Source of the DNA: Euprymna scolopes | Lineage: Eukaryota | Strand: one strand, 5' to 3' | Assembly: GCA_053919585.1 (NCBI GenBank) | Contig: CM132810.1 | DNA: 64,000 nucleotides | Shown: one piece after another, positions 1 through 13,172 of the stretch | How the letters are laid out: the number at the start of each line of letters is the position of its first letter | Position numbering within the stretch: position 1 is the first letter of the stretch | Position numbers and translations under genes: made by a program | The notes under the pieces: generated by a model | The model's database searches: none | The model's input: only the letters and a program-made list of their open reading frames with translations | Told to the model about the DNA's origin: nothing

Positions 1-329
1 AACAAATAAACAAAAAAAGATAATATAGTGTTGAAGGCTGGGCACAAAAGGACAATGAGTTTCTAGTTTAATCCTGGACAACGTCACGTCTTCTTGCTAG
101 TACTGTTAATGGATGTATAGCATGAATGCTGACTCCTTTACATTATTGTAAACAAAAACAATAATAGTATTCTATAATATCCATTAATTCAACTATGCAC
201 ACCTTGTTTAAATGATGTGGTCACTCTTTAAAAAAATAACTAAATAAATAAAATAATAAAATAAAAACAAGTAAATAAATAAAATAAATAAATAAAAATG
301 AATAAATAAATAAAAATAAAATAATTGGA

Positions 330-540
330 TCGACCCATACGCTCATTTCCTTCAGCTACTATGCTAAATGTAGAGGAAAACGCATTCCTTTTTCTAGGTT
401 TCTCATTTACACTTAAACCTCACATTATAATACTGCTGAGTATTTAGCAATGATACATCAAGTAACATTTTTTAGTCTTTGGCATGAGTCAATCGAGGAT
501 TGAATTCTTGTTTCCGGACCTATTAGTGAGCATTTTAATT
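330..540 (-). mobile_element. Degenerate tRNA-derived SINE with A/T-rich tail (about 235-325)
   Basis: Reverse strand has a B-box-like gaattcaatcc near 497-507. The body resembles, from memory, an abundant cephalopod SINE, and it ends in a simple-repeat tail. Confidence 0.55.
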
Positions 541-992
541 TTACTTGAAAAAGTTGTGTTTGATTTTAATATAGGATTTTTTTCGGTTGCATGCCCAAAC
601 AGACTAAGACACCAACAGTATAGTATCGATGTCAATAGTAATATTGATGTTATTATGTGACTACACTCTCAGAATGATTTAAGTCAAAACATATACAACA
701 ACAATAAAAACTATAAAATTAATGGCCGTGAAGAATCAAGAAGAATGAAAAGGTTGAGAAGGAAAGGTAAGGTCCAGACACCCATTAAAAGCACCTGCCT
801 CTACTAGAATCTTGAGGAGGCAACTCAACTCCAAAGAAAATCAATGATCGTTATCATTGAGAAGTCAATTGTAAACAGCTGGGAACACTTGTTGTCACTC
901 AGATTCTTAGTTGTTGCCAGTAATAAATCATTCATAATGACCCCTGTGAGAATTCCTAATGATTAAATACTACTATCAACAACAAATACAGT

Positions 993-1059
<67 letters not shown>

Positions 1060-1227
1060 GGGATTGAAAACAGGACCATCTAGTTGACAGTTGGCAGTTT
1101 TAACCCCCCCCCGACCCATGAGATCATCACAAACAGAGAACTTTGCATATAGTTAATTAAGCAGTGGTGAAATCATTTTAATTTTCAGTGATCTACCCAA
1201 AGAGGGGAGCTTAATATATATAGTCAT

Positions 1228-1269
1228 CCACAAAATATTATTTCGCTGTATCACAGCTCATCAGTGTGG
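1228..1269 (-). ncRNA. Minimal type I hammerhead motif (stem III damaged), downstream of a tRNA-like A/B-box head
   Basis: Minus strand reads CCACA-CTGATGA-GCTGT gat ACAGC-GAAA-TAATATTT-TGTGG. Same family as 59007-59048. Confidence 0.65.
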
Positions 1270-1463
1270 CTAGACAAGCTCCCCTCCTTTGCTAGGGATT
1301 GAATCTACTACCATCTAATTGATAGTCCGCAGTTTTAACTTCCGGCCTATTAGATTGACACTCCTAAACGACCTCATCAAATGCCCATTTATATAAACAT
1401 TTGCCCACTGCTTTTACAGTGTTCAACCTGCTTGTTCATTTACAAACAAACAGAGAACTTAGC

Positions 1464-1508
<45 letters not shown>

Positions 1509-1534
1509 AGTTTGGAAAATATATACAACAATTA

Positions 1535-1583
1535 AGCTACACAGAATATTTTGTGTTTCATCCTCGCCAGGAATCGTCAGGCT
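1535..1583 (-). ncRNA. Type I hammerhead motif
   Basis: Minus strand reads AGC-CTGACGA-tTCCT ggcg AGGAt-GAAA-CACA aaatattc TGTG-T-A-GCT. Stem I is only 3 bp and there is a U.U pair at the base of stem II. A paralog lies at 49636-49683. Confidence 0.65.
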
Positions 1584-1634
1584 ATTACACAGGATTGATG
1601 TTACCGCTTGTTATATACACACACATACACAGAC

Positions 1635-1665
<31 letters not shown>

Positions 1666-2524
1666 GTTCTGCTAATGTATTGAGCTCTCCTGAACAATAT
1701 GGGGNNNNNNNNNNNNNNNNNNNNNNNNNNNNNNNNNNNNNNNNNNNNNNNNNNNNNNNNNNNNNNNNNNNNNNNNNNNNNNNNNNNNNNNNNNNNNNNN
1801 NNNNNNNNNNNNNNNNNNNNNNNNNNNNNNNNNNNNNNNNNNNNNNNNNNNNNNNNNNNNNNNNNNNNNNNNNNNNNNNACTTAGTAAAGCAATTTGTAT
1901 CAGCCTCAAGACTGTTAAGCTTTCATTCTTGGATGATAAAACATGGAGTTGTGGAGGCAACATGATGCAAATGCGCTTAGCATCGAATAATAATGACTCC
2001 CACTAGCACACAATAGAAACGGTCAACTCAAAAAATATAAATTTAATATTTTAAGTTGGAATAGTCATAGTTGTTTTCAAGCGTAATTGTACCAACTCCT
2101 CGATTAATGATCATTAAAGGTATGGTAACTTCTGGTCTAAGTTATGAATAACAACGTGTAGCCTAGTAGCGATATAGCATTATGAATAAAAGTGACACAT
2201 GTAGATCGCTTACATTTTTAATGGTAGTAAAAACGAGTTTTAATTGGTAAGTTTGCTATATCATTTGCATTTAATTCATAATTCATTACAACTTCTATAA
2301 TTTCTTCATAATGAAATAATGATGTAGTCAGTTTCGTGCATATTACAGGGTGTTGCATAAAATCTCCCCCCACTCTTTCATTAGAAAATATTCAATGGGA
2401 CATATCTATTTAATGGAATCTAGATATTCCCTATTTTTTCGGATAACTGCGTTTTTTATTTTTGTCTCGTGTTTTTATTAATACATAAACTAAACAGGAT
2501 TATTGGATCAGATTTGGTTCACAT

Positions 2525-3165
2525 TTTTTTTACTCATATAACCCCAAACAAGGCAAATTGCTACAGGCGTAAAGGGCTACTGTGAATTAGGGACCTTGTC
2601 TACCGGAACATCTAAATAATGATTGAACAACAAGATATCTGTTCATTTTACATTTAAATTCTGCATGTTATTTCAGTCAGAGTAGCAGGAAACTGGGAGG
2701 TGATTCCAAATTTTAACGGTTTGAGGGAAGAAACTATTAAAATAGATGTTTTCCCAGCAGCTGTAGACCTTTACAGTGAAAGTGATTTTGCTGCTTGTCG
2801 GGTTTGAAAAGGCAGCAGTGCTACGAGTTTGTCGGAACACATTCCATTAAAGTACTTGTAAAGCAAGCATAGAGATGCAACATTGCGGCGATGAAACAGG
2901 AGTTGAAGCTTGGTTGACAGTGCATATCTATTTGATTGGAAATTTTGTTTTGGTCTCTGTCTAATAGAAAGAGACTAGTAGTTCATGCACCAGCATATAT
3001 GTAATAACATTACTCTATGAATGGGCGAATTGTGACTTTGTAGAGGTATAGTATACTGTTAGGTATATGTAGTTTTCTAGCACGGTCGAGGGAGCTCATC
3101 TTATTTGCATCAGTGTTGGCAATGTTTTTTATGTACTTGTTCCAATTCACCTTACCTATGAATGC
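2525..3165 (-). mobile_element. CR1-type LINE 3' fragment
   Basis: Degenerate RT C-terminus homologous to 6400-6850, a similar 3' UTR and a poly(A) end at about 2525. Confidence 0.75.
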
Positions 3166-3801
3166 ACGTGTTTAGCAACCTCTGTTTACACTAATCTCTT
3201 TTACTTTTTAAAAAATATTTCCAGAAGAAAAGACCCAATGAAGAAACAAGAAACTCAATTGGAATGGCATACTGTAAATCGCGTTGAAGCAACTTCCACA
3301 GAGAAATATCTATATGAATCTTTGTTTTCTTTTATCTCACAATCATTGTCTTATTTTGATTTGCTAAAAACTGTATCCAATAATAAATTTTATGAATAAA
3401 ACACCTAAACGTATTTTTGCTTATAAAAAAATGTGAATATCATTATTTTATATTTGATCAGTTTTGTCAAGTACAAATAAATGCTTGAAACCTGTCACAA
3501 AAAAAAAAAAAATCAAATTGCCCATTTTTTCTAGTTCATAGTATATTATCGGATAGTATTAGTATTTTCCTAATTTAAAAATGTCTATTTCTAATTTGTT
3601 ATGTTTATCTCATTTTTAGTAATATCTCATTAATCAGTATTTAAAATACTGAGGATCGGTTTTATGCATCTCAGTACAGACCAATTAATAATGAGTGAAC
3701 TGTTTGAACCTGTGATAAATCAAGAAGTTGTTAAGGATCTCAGCAAAATCATTTTGCTCAATGACAATCAACATGAATTTTGTCCTGCAAGATTAACAAC
3801 T

Positions 3802-4027
3802 ATATACGGCACAATCACGTTGACACACCGGTTCTCACCAGATCACCGGTTAAGCAACATTGAGCCTGGCCAGTACCAGATGGGACCATTTGGGAAGCCT
3901 AAGCGCTGTATGTACTTTCTGGGAAGGTTGAGCGTGGGGCCAGCACCCTCACCCTGTAAAAAGAACTCAGTCGCTACAAAAGCATCTATAAAGTTGTAGC
4001 TGGCCTATGCCCTATAGAATGTAATGG
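3802..4027 (+). mobile_element. 5S rRNA-headed SINE (SINE3-like)
   Basis: 3802-3912 follows 5S rRNA (tacggc...cacgttga..caccggttctc..gatcaccg.gttaagcaac...gatggg.acc..tgggaa...gctgta) with deletions, then a non-5S tail of about 115 bp. Flanked by a 13-bp TSD: aagattaacaact (3789-3801) and aagatcaacaact (4028-4040). Confidence 0.8.
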
Positions 4028-4479
4028 AAGATCAACAACTGATATATTGACTGTAATATCATACAGGATAAGTGAATCTATCGAGGCGAGGCGGGCTTCT
4101 TATCGAGAGCAATAGCTCTTGACATAATAAAATCTTTCATTGGCATGTAGGCCTGTTTAACAAGCTTGCTAGCTCTGGACTCAAAATGCCCCCCTCCCCC
4201 AACTATCAAATCCTTTATCTCAAATAGGTCTATAAAAGTAGTCTGATGGGAAGATGTCTGGAGCTCATAGTATCAACGCAGGTGGCGTGTTCTGTCTTAG
4301 TTTTATCAATGATTTCTCAAATAATATTTTAAGAACATTCGTCGACATTTATTCAAATGGTAACACATAGACGAATATTTCTGATTTGCTTTCTTTCGAT
4401 CAGGAGCACATGCTGTAGTGGATAAAAGACAACTGATTACTTTTAATACGTCTATAACCAAGCTCTCCCATCTCTAGTG

Positions 4480-5650
4480 TATTCGCTTAATGTGTAGCTA
4501 ACCCTTCTTCAATCCATAAAGTATTAGCAAAGATTTATGGTCAGTTGTATATTCGGTTTCGACTGATATTTTTCACTTACTTTGTTGCATATATCAAGTC
4601 CAACAGAAAAAAATTGTGAATAATTTTCTTGCAATTCTTTTAAAAAATTTTTCTAGCACAACTTCTTTAGTTTTTACAGCCTGGTAAACAGAATTTATGG
4701 GTAAATCTCATAGTCGGAACTCTTCCATTTAATCTGTACCTAACAAATTACTCACTTTAATTTTAGTATTTTTCATTGAAGTGTGACTGTCAATATCAGT
4801 TCGCCTTTGAATTTGTTATTCTCTCCTATTACAATTTTGCGATTTTTACCAATTTTTTCGACATGTACAGATATATAATTGATAAATTTGATCCTGTGTC
4901 TAACTGCATTTGAATATTTTATCTTAAGAAAACCTCCTAACATTTACGATTTTGTCACATTCGGTAATTCTAATATAATATTTTTGTCTTACATTTTATT
5001 CTGTAATTTGTACTTTTATGTCCTACGCAATCACATTAAAAAAATTTCTTTGATTTATAGAGACACTGTATGTTCTAATGCATCTGTATGCAACCGAATC
5101 AGTTTAGAAGGCAGAGTACTTCCTTTTTTACTATAACATTTTTCTAATGAAATCATTTTTTTCTTGTTGCGAATTTTGTTTTGTTTTGGACACACCAGAC
5201 TTTTATTATCTTTGAATCATAACACATGCTAATAAACAATTGAGTTGTCGGCTGCTGGAGTGTTAGTTATGGTTTATTTTCTAGTTTGTTACGTATTCTG
5301 TTTTTAAATTTTTGAATCTGTGTTCAACATCAATCTGTGCAACTATAAGACATTTGATGTTATTAGCACGATAACACAAGGTCTTCACAGTGCTTATTTA
5401 CTATGCTTACAAAAGTCATGCAGCTCTCATCATCTTTTCTTGTAAAGTTTAAACATTTAACTTCTTGTTGGAGAGAGATATTTTGGAACTCAATAATTTG
5501 GTCAACGATTGTATCACTTCACTAAATTTTAGCTTGTTGGTCGTTTGAGGTAAAAATGTATCCAATTTCCTTATTAGTAACCAAATCTTTTGAAATCCAG
5601 CTTTCATAGTTTGAATTACATGTCTTCATAACGCCTAAAGTACGAGTTCT
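4480..5650 (-). mobile_element. Highly degenerate Gypsy gag-protease remnant
   Basis: Broken minus-strand frames read KCLNFTRKDDESCMTFVSIVNKHCEDL, KCLIVAQ, NKLENKP*LTLQQ and NLLGTD*MEEFRL*DLPINS, typical of invertebrate Gypsy gag/protease. Confidence 0.55.
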
Positions 5651-6125
5651 GTCTATATATATATATTTTTTTTTTTGCTATCCCTTTGACAATTCGATTA
5701 ATTTATTCTGTTGTGGTTGGGTCTAAATAAACACCGCATAGAATAATTTATTTTGTACCAGTTCGAATCTGAAAGATAGGAATTACAGAAAGAATTCTAT
5801 AATTTCTATTTGACAGTTTCAATTGTATTTCAATAGGATGTCTGTTTTTCTGCAATCATAGCTGTTTATTTTACTGATATAGATATAGATATACATAGTA
5901 GTGGCAATAATATAAGGAATGGAAGCAACAAAGACATGAATATGTGCATTACTTAAAAAGTAATGCCTGATTAGCTTTAAAATTTTTATTGAAAAACGAT
6001 CAGGATATAATACATAAGTATTATACAAAGTTACCAGATATTACTTAATGTTATTTATAAATAAAGGTTAAATGGAACAAAGAAAATAAGCTACTGGACA
6101 AAGGTTGAGGAAAGATTAAAAAAAA

Positions 6126-9100
6126 TTTTTTTTTTAAATTACATTTTCACCCCAAATAGGGCACATTGCCACTTTGATGTAGGGGGGCTACTATTAGGGA
6201 CATAAGCTACAAGGGCACGATGTAGGGAGTTGGGCAGCAAGATGTCGGTTCACGTAGCACTTGAACTTCTGTATGTCAGTACAGTTGGGGAAGCAGGAAC
6301 CTGGAATGGAATTCCAAAGTCTAGCGGTTCTGGAGAAGAAAGTACTGGAGTAGAAGGCTCTTTTACATCTAGGAATCTCTACTGTGAAGGGGTGGGATTT
6401 TACTGCTTGTCGGGCTTGTCAGAGGTATTTACATAGAGGGGGTACAAGTGCTTGCAGTTCGTCGGAACATTCACCTTTAAATTACTTGTAGAACAGGTAG
6501 AGGAATGCTACATTATGCCGATGGGACAGAGGCTGAAGCTTGGATGACAGTTCAGGACCTATTAGGTTGGCGACTCTCTTTTGAACCTTGTCTAGGAGTG
6601 AGAGACTAGTAGGAGATGCACCAGCCCTAATATAACAACAATATTCCATACATGGGCGAATGGTGGCTTTATAGAGGTACAGGATACTTTTGGGCGTTAG
6701 TAGCTTTCTAGCACGGTAGAGAGAACCTACCTTTTTTGCAGCGGTCCTGGCAATGCTCTCAATATAATTGTTCCAACTCATGTTTCCTGTGAACGTTAGG
6801 CCGAGGAGTTTAAAAGATGTGCTTTCAGATAAATAGTCTTTGGCCATTGCTATTGGTGGTGTAGAGAAGGTTTCTTGTAGTTATTAAAGGAAACAAGTTT
6901 ATTCTTGGCAGCATTGAATGTGACCATCCATTTTTGTCCCCATTCCACTACAGATTGAAGGTCATCCTCTAGTGTTTCTGCCATTTTTTTTAGATATGTG
7001 TTCATTTGTTTTCCTGTCGTGTCTGTTATAGAGTGTGGTGTCATCATATATACCAATCTCAGAGACAATTTTGTCAGGGAGGTCATTTATGAATATTAGG
7101 AATAATAGAGGTCCAAGGATAGACTTCTTGAGGCACTCCCGCATTTATATCATATTGTTTAGATGTACGACTATCGAGGACAACCTGGATTTTTTTCTTA
7201 TCTAAGAAGGATTTAATTATATTAAGTATTCTTGCAGTGATACCGTATGATCTGATTTTCCTGAGAAGACACTCATGCCATACTCTGTCAAAAGCCTTAG
7301 ATATATCTAGAGCTACCGCGCTCCCCTCCCCTGCTTTGTCAAGAGAATGGTATATACGCTCAGAGATTACAGTTAGGATGTTTGCTGTGGAACGAGCTTG
7401 TCTAAATCCATATTGTTGGTCAGTCAAAAGTTTAGCATCTGTAAGGTGATGGACTAGAGCATGGTTAATTATAGTCTCAAATATTTTGGCAAAAAGTGGG
7501 AGGAGGCTAATGGGGCAATAATTTGATGGGTCAGTTCTTTCGCCAGAATTCTTGAAAACTGGTACCACAGAAGCAGTTTTCCAACAAGCAGGAAAGCAAG
7601 ATTCATTAAGGCATTTGTTGTAAAGTTTGGAGAGGATTGGAGCTACTTCGGCGGAGCACTTTTTAAATAGCACAGTAGGGATGAGACCAGGTCCACATGT
7701 TTTTGAAGTGTCAAGATTTTTATGATAGCATGCACCTGAGAAGGGGTGATTTTCAGATCGTCTAGTATGGCATCTGTCTGCAAAGGAAAGTCCGAGAAAG
7801 AGTGGTTAGCAGGGTCCAGTGTGGAGTTGGAGGCAAACCGACTGGTAAGCATGTTAGATTTCTCAGTTGCCTGAGCAAACAACTTCATGATTGTTGGATA
7901 GTGGGGGAATTGTTGATTTCCCATTATTTACTACACTGTTGTAGATTTTCCAGAAGTCACGGATTCCTAATTTCTGTGCTTTGATGCGTTTTTTGGTGGT
8001 TTCAGTAAATTCTCTCTTAGCTTTCGCTATTTCTTTCTTACAGTTACTTCTGGCTTCTATATACTTCTGTCTGTTTGAACTGGATTTATGTCAGTTAAAT
8101 CTGCGGTACACGTGCTGCCTTTGCACCATGGCAGCTGCACATGTGGAAGTAAACCATTGGGGAGAGTGAGGCTTGCTATAAAATTTCCGCATGGGAACAT
8201 ATGCTTCAATTGCTGTTTTGAATCATTCAGTGGTCTCAATTGTGCACTGTTCAGCAGGAAGTGAAAAGATATTTCGCCATGGGGCGTCTCTGATGGCTTT
8301 CCACTCAGCCTTTTTATAATATCTCGTTGTTTTGAGCAATGGCTCTTCGATTTTGGCTCTAGAGTTTAGGGCGATTTCAACTATTATCACTACATGGTCA
8401 GAAACAGATCTAAAAGTGATGCGTGTTGCTGGATTGGGAACGTAACCATCTGTGATAGGGAATGAGTTATAGAGAAGCTATGTGTTGTGCTACCAGCTGC
8501 GTCTGTGTAAGTAGAAAATCCAAGCCACTTGTTGTGGTGGACATTAAAGTCACCAAATACATGTACTTGTACGCTAGTGTGTTGGGAAAATGCTGAATCT
8601 ATGCTGTCAGAGACTTTGTTTATTAGGGTACAGTCCTGGGTCAAGGGAGAGCAGTAGAGAAAATAAAACTAATATTATGTTGCATGTTAAGTCTAAAGCA
8701 CATCAAGGCTTGATCATCCGATTCTAGTTTTGTTTCTCTAGTCAAGGGGCGGGTGTTTCGAATATAAACTCTAAACCCATGCATATGTCTGTCAGAGTCC
8801 TTATGGCAGAGTGGGAGATATCCGGGCATGTTAAAGTAGTTAGAGGGGATGGAGGAGTGCAGGTTAGTCTCATTTAGTGCTAAGATATCCGGGGGGGTTG
8901 TTAGAAGAAATGCTTCAACATCATTTAAATTAGTTCTAAGCCCACGGATGTTCATAAATGCAAGCCTCAAGAGAGGAGGCAATTTGATTTTCTTTGAGTT
9001 TGGTCCTGGTTTAAGCGTGATTTTAGATTGTACTGTCATTTTTTTTTAAGAGTTTCAGTTTAGGTAAGGGGTGCTGAACAAGTGATTATGCAGAACACCA

Positions 9101-9660
9101 GGCATGCAACACAAGTAGATCATCAGCTGACCTTCCATCTACTACAAGTCGGGAACAGCAGTCAGGAACCGTCAATCCGGTACCCTCAACCCATCAGACG
9201 ATGGTCAACCCAATCTACTTGTACTGGCATTATGGTGTTCAAGCACTCCCAAGTGCCCAGTTTAGAGGGGGATGGGATGTGTCGGGAGGGGGAAAACGGC
9301 GTTCATTGCTCTAGTCAGGAAACAAAATCGACCACTGAGTGTTTCTGTCGAATCCCTGTGCTTCAACCTCCACACCTGGCTAATAGGCAAAGAAGGAGTA
9401 TGGAAGCTGGGCGATAGACAATGCCTATTTACTCCTTAAGCAGTTTAGGTTTGCAGACCAGTAATTTGTTTGAGTTATCAGCTCTAGGAAGGATGTCATC
9501 CAAGACTGGAGGGGCCTCCCTCCCCTTAGGTTTAGCTTCAGAGTTTTCCTTCTCCTAGACGGATAACCTGGGATGATCTACGAGTCCATCAGCACCGAGA
9601 GGGTTTCCTCCACGCCTGGGTCCTAATCCAGGTTTTTCTGCGACCCCACGTGGGTAGTTT
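6126..9660 (-). mobile_element. Near full-length CR1-clade LINE (APE endonuclease plus RT, frameshifted) with a ~620-bp leader
   Basis: ORF starts at 9039. APE motifs NIRGLRTN, ALNET and GDFNVHH; RT motifs PISLL, QYGFR, ALDISKAFDRVWH, ILGPLLFLIFINDL and IYDD; C-terminal LYKATIRPCMEYC; poly(A) at about 6126-6135. Confidence 0.92.
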
Positions 9661-9987
9661 AGTATGTAAATCTTATATGTCTACTGAGAAATTACACTCC
9701 TCAAAGTGATTAAGGGACATTGCTATTACATTGTTACTGGAGGAGGGGTGAGTAAAAGTTCATGCAGTGGAAGCAGCTACATTTGCAACAGGTTAGTTGG
9801 AAGCAGTTCAGATATAGTTTAATATTTTTCCTTTAAATTTAGAATTTTTTTTTTTATATGTTGGCTTAGGAATAGGATAACGCGTTACAGAATCGCTTGA
9901 TATTAAGATTTAATTAAAAATGTGGTTGCCCCAACTCTGGGTATTTTAGATGGCATGAGGGTTGTGCTGTATCTATGCTGTCAGATA

Positions 9988-11277
9988 CGAGGGGCGTGCA
10001 ATAAGTAATGCCCCTGACCCACTTCCCATAGCAGTAGAGCAACGAAACTTGGCACAGTTATTAGTCTTTCTCTACAGAGGAACCACCCAGAGTTATGCAT
10101 TTCTCCCATCGTTTGATGCAGCTCTGGAGTCCGTTTTTGTAGAACACCCCAGGTTGGTCCTCCAACCACGACATGACTTCAGAAATCAAGGCTGCATCAT
10201 CTGAGAAACACTTTCCTTTCAAAAACAACATCATGGCTGGGAAGAGGTGAAAGTCAGAGGGTGCAAGGTCAGGAGAGTATGGAGGATAGGGGAGGATTTC
10301 ATAAACACACACCTGTGCTTTTGATCTGGTGACATGCGAGTTGTGGACCGGAGCATTGTCCTGCAAGATGAGGGTATTTTTGCTGATCTTGCCCCACCTC
10401 TTGATTTTGATAGCTTCCCTTAATTTCCTCAAAAGTGAAGCATAATAGGCTCCTGTAATTGTGGTACCCTTTGTCAGGAAATCTGTCATCACTACTCTGT
10501 CCTGGTCCCAGAAGACTGTGAGCATGACCTTGTCAGCAGAGGACTGCACCCTTGCCTTCTTTGGAGGTGGTGAGTCCAAGTGCTTCCACTGCATTGACTG
10601 GGCTTTGGTCTCTGGATCATAGTGATGGACCCAGGTTTCATCCTGTGTAATCAGTCTTTTGAAAAACTTTGACTCATCTTCTTGGCACATCTCCAAATTC
10701 ATCATCGAGCACTCGACGCGTTCTTGCTTCTGGAATGGTGTGAGCAACCTGGGAACCCATCTGGCAGACACCTTATGCATATGCAAATGGTTATGAATGA
10801 TAGTTTCCACAGACCCTGCACTAATCTTGACATCTTGGGCTATTTGGCGATAGGTAATGCGCCGATCTCCCAAAATGGCAGTCTCAACTTGACAGACAGA
10901 TGCCTCATCAATGGCAGAAGGGGGGGGAGCACCAGGTCTGGGAGCTGTTTACACAGACTTCCGGCCATGTTTGAATTCATGATGCCAGCGTTTTACAAAG
11001 TCATATGATGGGACATTATCACCATAAGTTGCTTTCATTTCATCAAAAGTCTCCTGTGGTGTGCGTCCTTTCAAAAACCGGATCACTGCTCGACATTCAA
11101 CAAGCTCCATTTCATACCTGACTCAGTTCAAACACCTATAAAACAGAAACCACAATTAGTTCAGATCTGTAATTTGCCCCATAACCCATAGAGATAAAAA
11201 TCATTGCACATGCAAAATTTCAGCTAGATCAGACAACTGGAAGTGGATCAGGAGCATTACTTATTGTACGCCCCTCG
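9988..11277 (-). mobile_element. Complete mariner transposon (D,D34D), 1290 bp
   Basis: TIRs cgaggggcgtgcaataagtaatgcccctga / tcaggagcattacttattgtacgcccctcg, with TA TSDs at 9986-9987 and 11278-11279. Confidence 0.95.
10061..11110 (-). pseudogene. Mariner transposase, N-terminal part frameshifted
   Basis: Starts MELVECRAVIR at 11110. The open C-terminal 270 aa has WVPRLL, TQDETW, QDNAPVH and YSPDLAPSD, with exactly 34 residues between the second and third Asp. Confidence 0.9.
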
Positions 11278-11799
11278 TACAGGTAATGTCATTTTTTATA
11301 TGAAGTACAATACAGTACAGGTATGAATTGGAAGTAAAATTATAAGCTATGGCGTGTTCAGTATGTATAATAAAGTAAATATATATACGGGCAGATTTCC
11401 AGCAGATGCGAATATATGGAGATTGTAAGTTTAAAGTATGTTTCCACTTCTAATGAAGAGATCTTCAGCTTTCGTTTAAAAATCATGAAGTTGTATTTTG
11501 CATTACAGAGTATCGGTTCAGTTTTTGTATTTATCATTGCAAAACTAAGGAAGAGACAGCTATTGCTATGTAATGTAGATAGCTGTAAATCTAACTATAG
11601 ACCATAGCTAGTAAGTATCTACCTGGGTAAGAATAAAATAATCTATGCCTTGGCGGTAGAAATGTGTAGATGTTTAGTGATAGTGACCTCCAATCGGTCA
11701 GCATGTGAAGGTAAAGGGCTGAAAGCTAAGAACCCCCCTCTACGGTGTGTGTAATGTATGAATGTTAGTAGCAGCTTGGGGGGTAAAATAGACTGTTAG

Positions 11800-13172
11800 T
11801 AGGGGTATTACTCTCCTATCTGTAGCAGGCAAGATTATGGCAAAAACAGTTGAAAAACTCTCAGGCCTGGCAAAAAAGGTGCTTACTGAATCACAATGTG
11901 GCTTCAGGCAGGAGAGGTCAACAATTATGAGATTTAGCCTCAGATGGATACTAGAAAAGGCACCAAGATTTTTATGTAATCTTCATTGACTTCCGAAAAG
12001 CTTTTGACACAGTTGACAGAAACATACTGTGGGGAGTCCTTAAGACATTTTGATGCCCAGATTGCTTTTTAACAGTTTCATGAAGGTACAATGGGAAGAG
12101 TATCAGTGGGTAAGCAAGAGAATAATTAGATAGAAATGGATCACGGAGCAAAGCAAAGATGTGTACTTGTACCAATGCTTTTTATTCTTTTCTTAACCAC
12201 AGTAATAATAAAGATCCATCAATGTTTATTCGCTCAAGATTTGACGACAAACTGTTCAACTTTGCACGGCTGATAATAGAACTGCTATTTGCAGATGACA
12301 CAGCCTTGGTGGCACACAGCGAGAACCAAATCCAAAACATGGTAAACTCGTTCTGTAGAATGGCACAGAAAATCGGTCTTTAGGTAAATAAAGGGAAAAC
12401 TGAGGTAATATACCAACCATCTCCTGGCAATATACATCTATGAGTTCCATCAATCATGATAAACGCTGAGGAATTAAAAGTGTACCTGGGAAATACACTG
12501 ACTATTAACGGCTATGCAGACAAGAAGATAAACTACCACATCCAGAATGCGTGTGCTTTGTTCAGAAAACTAGAAAAACGACTATGGATAATCGCATAAC
12601 AGCATTAGTCAAGAAACAAAATGCAAAATTTAAAAAGCAGTGGTATTACCTGCTCTACTATATCCAGCAGAAGCCTACACACTGTACAGGGAACACATAA
12701 AGAGGTTGGAAGCAATACAACAGCACTACCTAAGAAAAATTATGAAAATTAAATGGAACGATCTTATACCAAATATTGAAGTACTCAACAGAGCCAACAT
12801 GGACATCATAGAAGCTATACTCACCACCATGCAACTGCAATGGACTGGACATGTGGCGAGATTGGAAAACAATCACATCCCAAAAATCCTATTGTATGGA
12901 GAATTGGAAAATAGTTACAGAAAGATTGGTGGGCAGAACCTCCATTACAAGGATGTGATAAGCGCCACCTAAAGGCAATGAATATGAACATCAAAAATTA
13001 GGAAGAGCTAGCAGCAGACAGAAGTTGCTGGTACAGAAGTCTTCACAAAGGAAAGGCAGAAATAGAGGCAAAACTAAAGGCTTCTTTGGTGCTTCATCCT
13101 CTTCTATGAGACAGCTCTGACCAAAATTCTTGTCCAGCTATGAACGATTGCGTGATGATGATGATGATGATG
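11800..13172 (+). mobile_element. 5'-truncated RTE-clade LINE with (GAT)n tail
   Basis: Reads RGITLLSVAGKI, ESQCGFR, FIDFRKAFDTV, LLFADDTALVAHS, VLPALLY and QWTGHVAR, and ends in (tga)n at 13153-13172. Confidence 0.88.

Noticed and set aside
1601-2006. ORFs spanning N gaps (also 26638-27420 and 62500-63175)
   Set aside because: They are open only because of Ns and simple repeats.
3802-3912. Functional 5S rRNA gene
   Set aside because: It has internal deletions and substitutions and is fused to a tail within a TSD, so it is treated as a SINE head.
9680-11790. Possible RNase H-containing LINE remnant on the minus strand, split by the mariner
   Set aside because: Only faint motif resemblance; it cannot be supported by eye.
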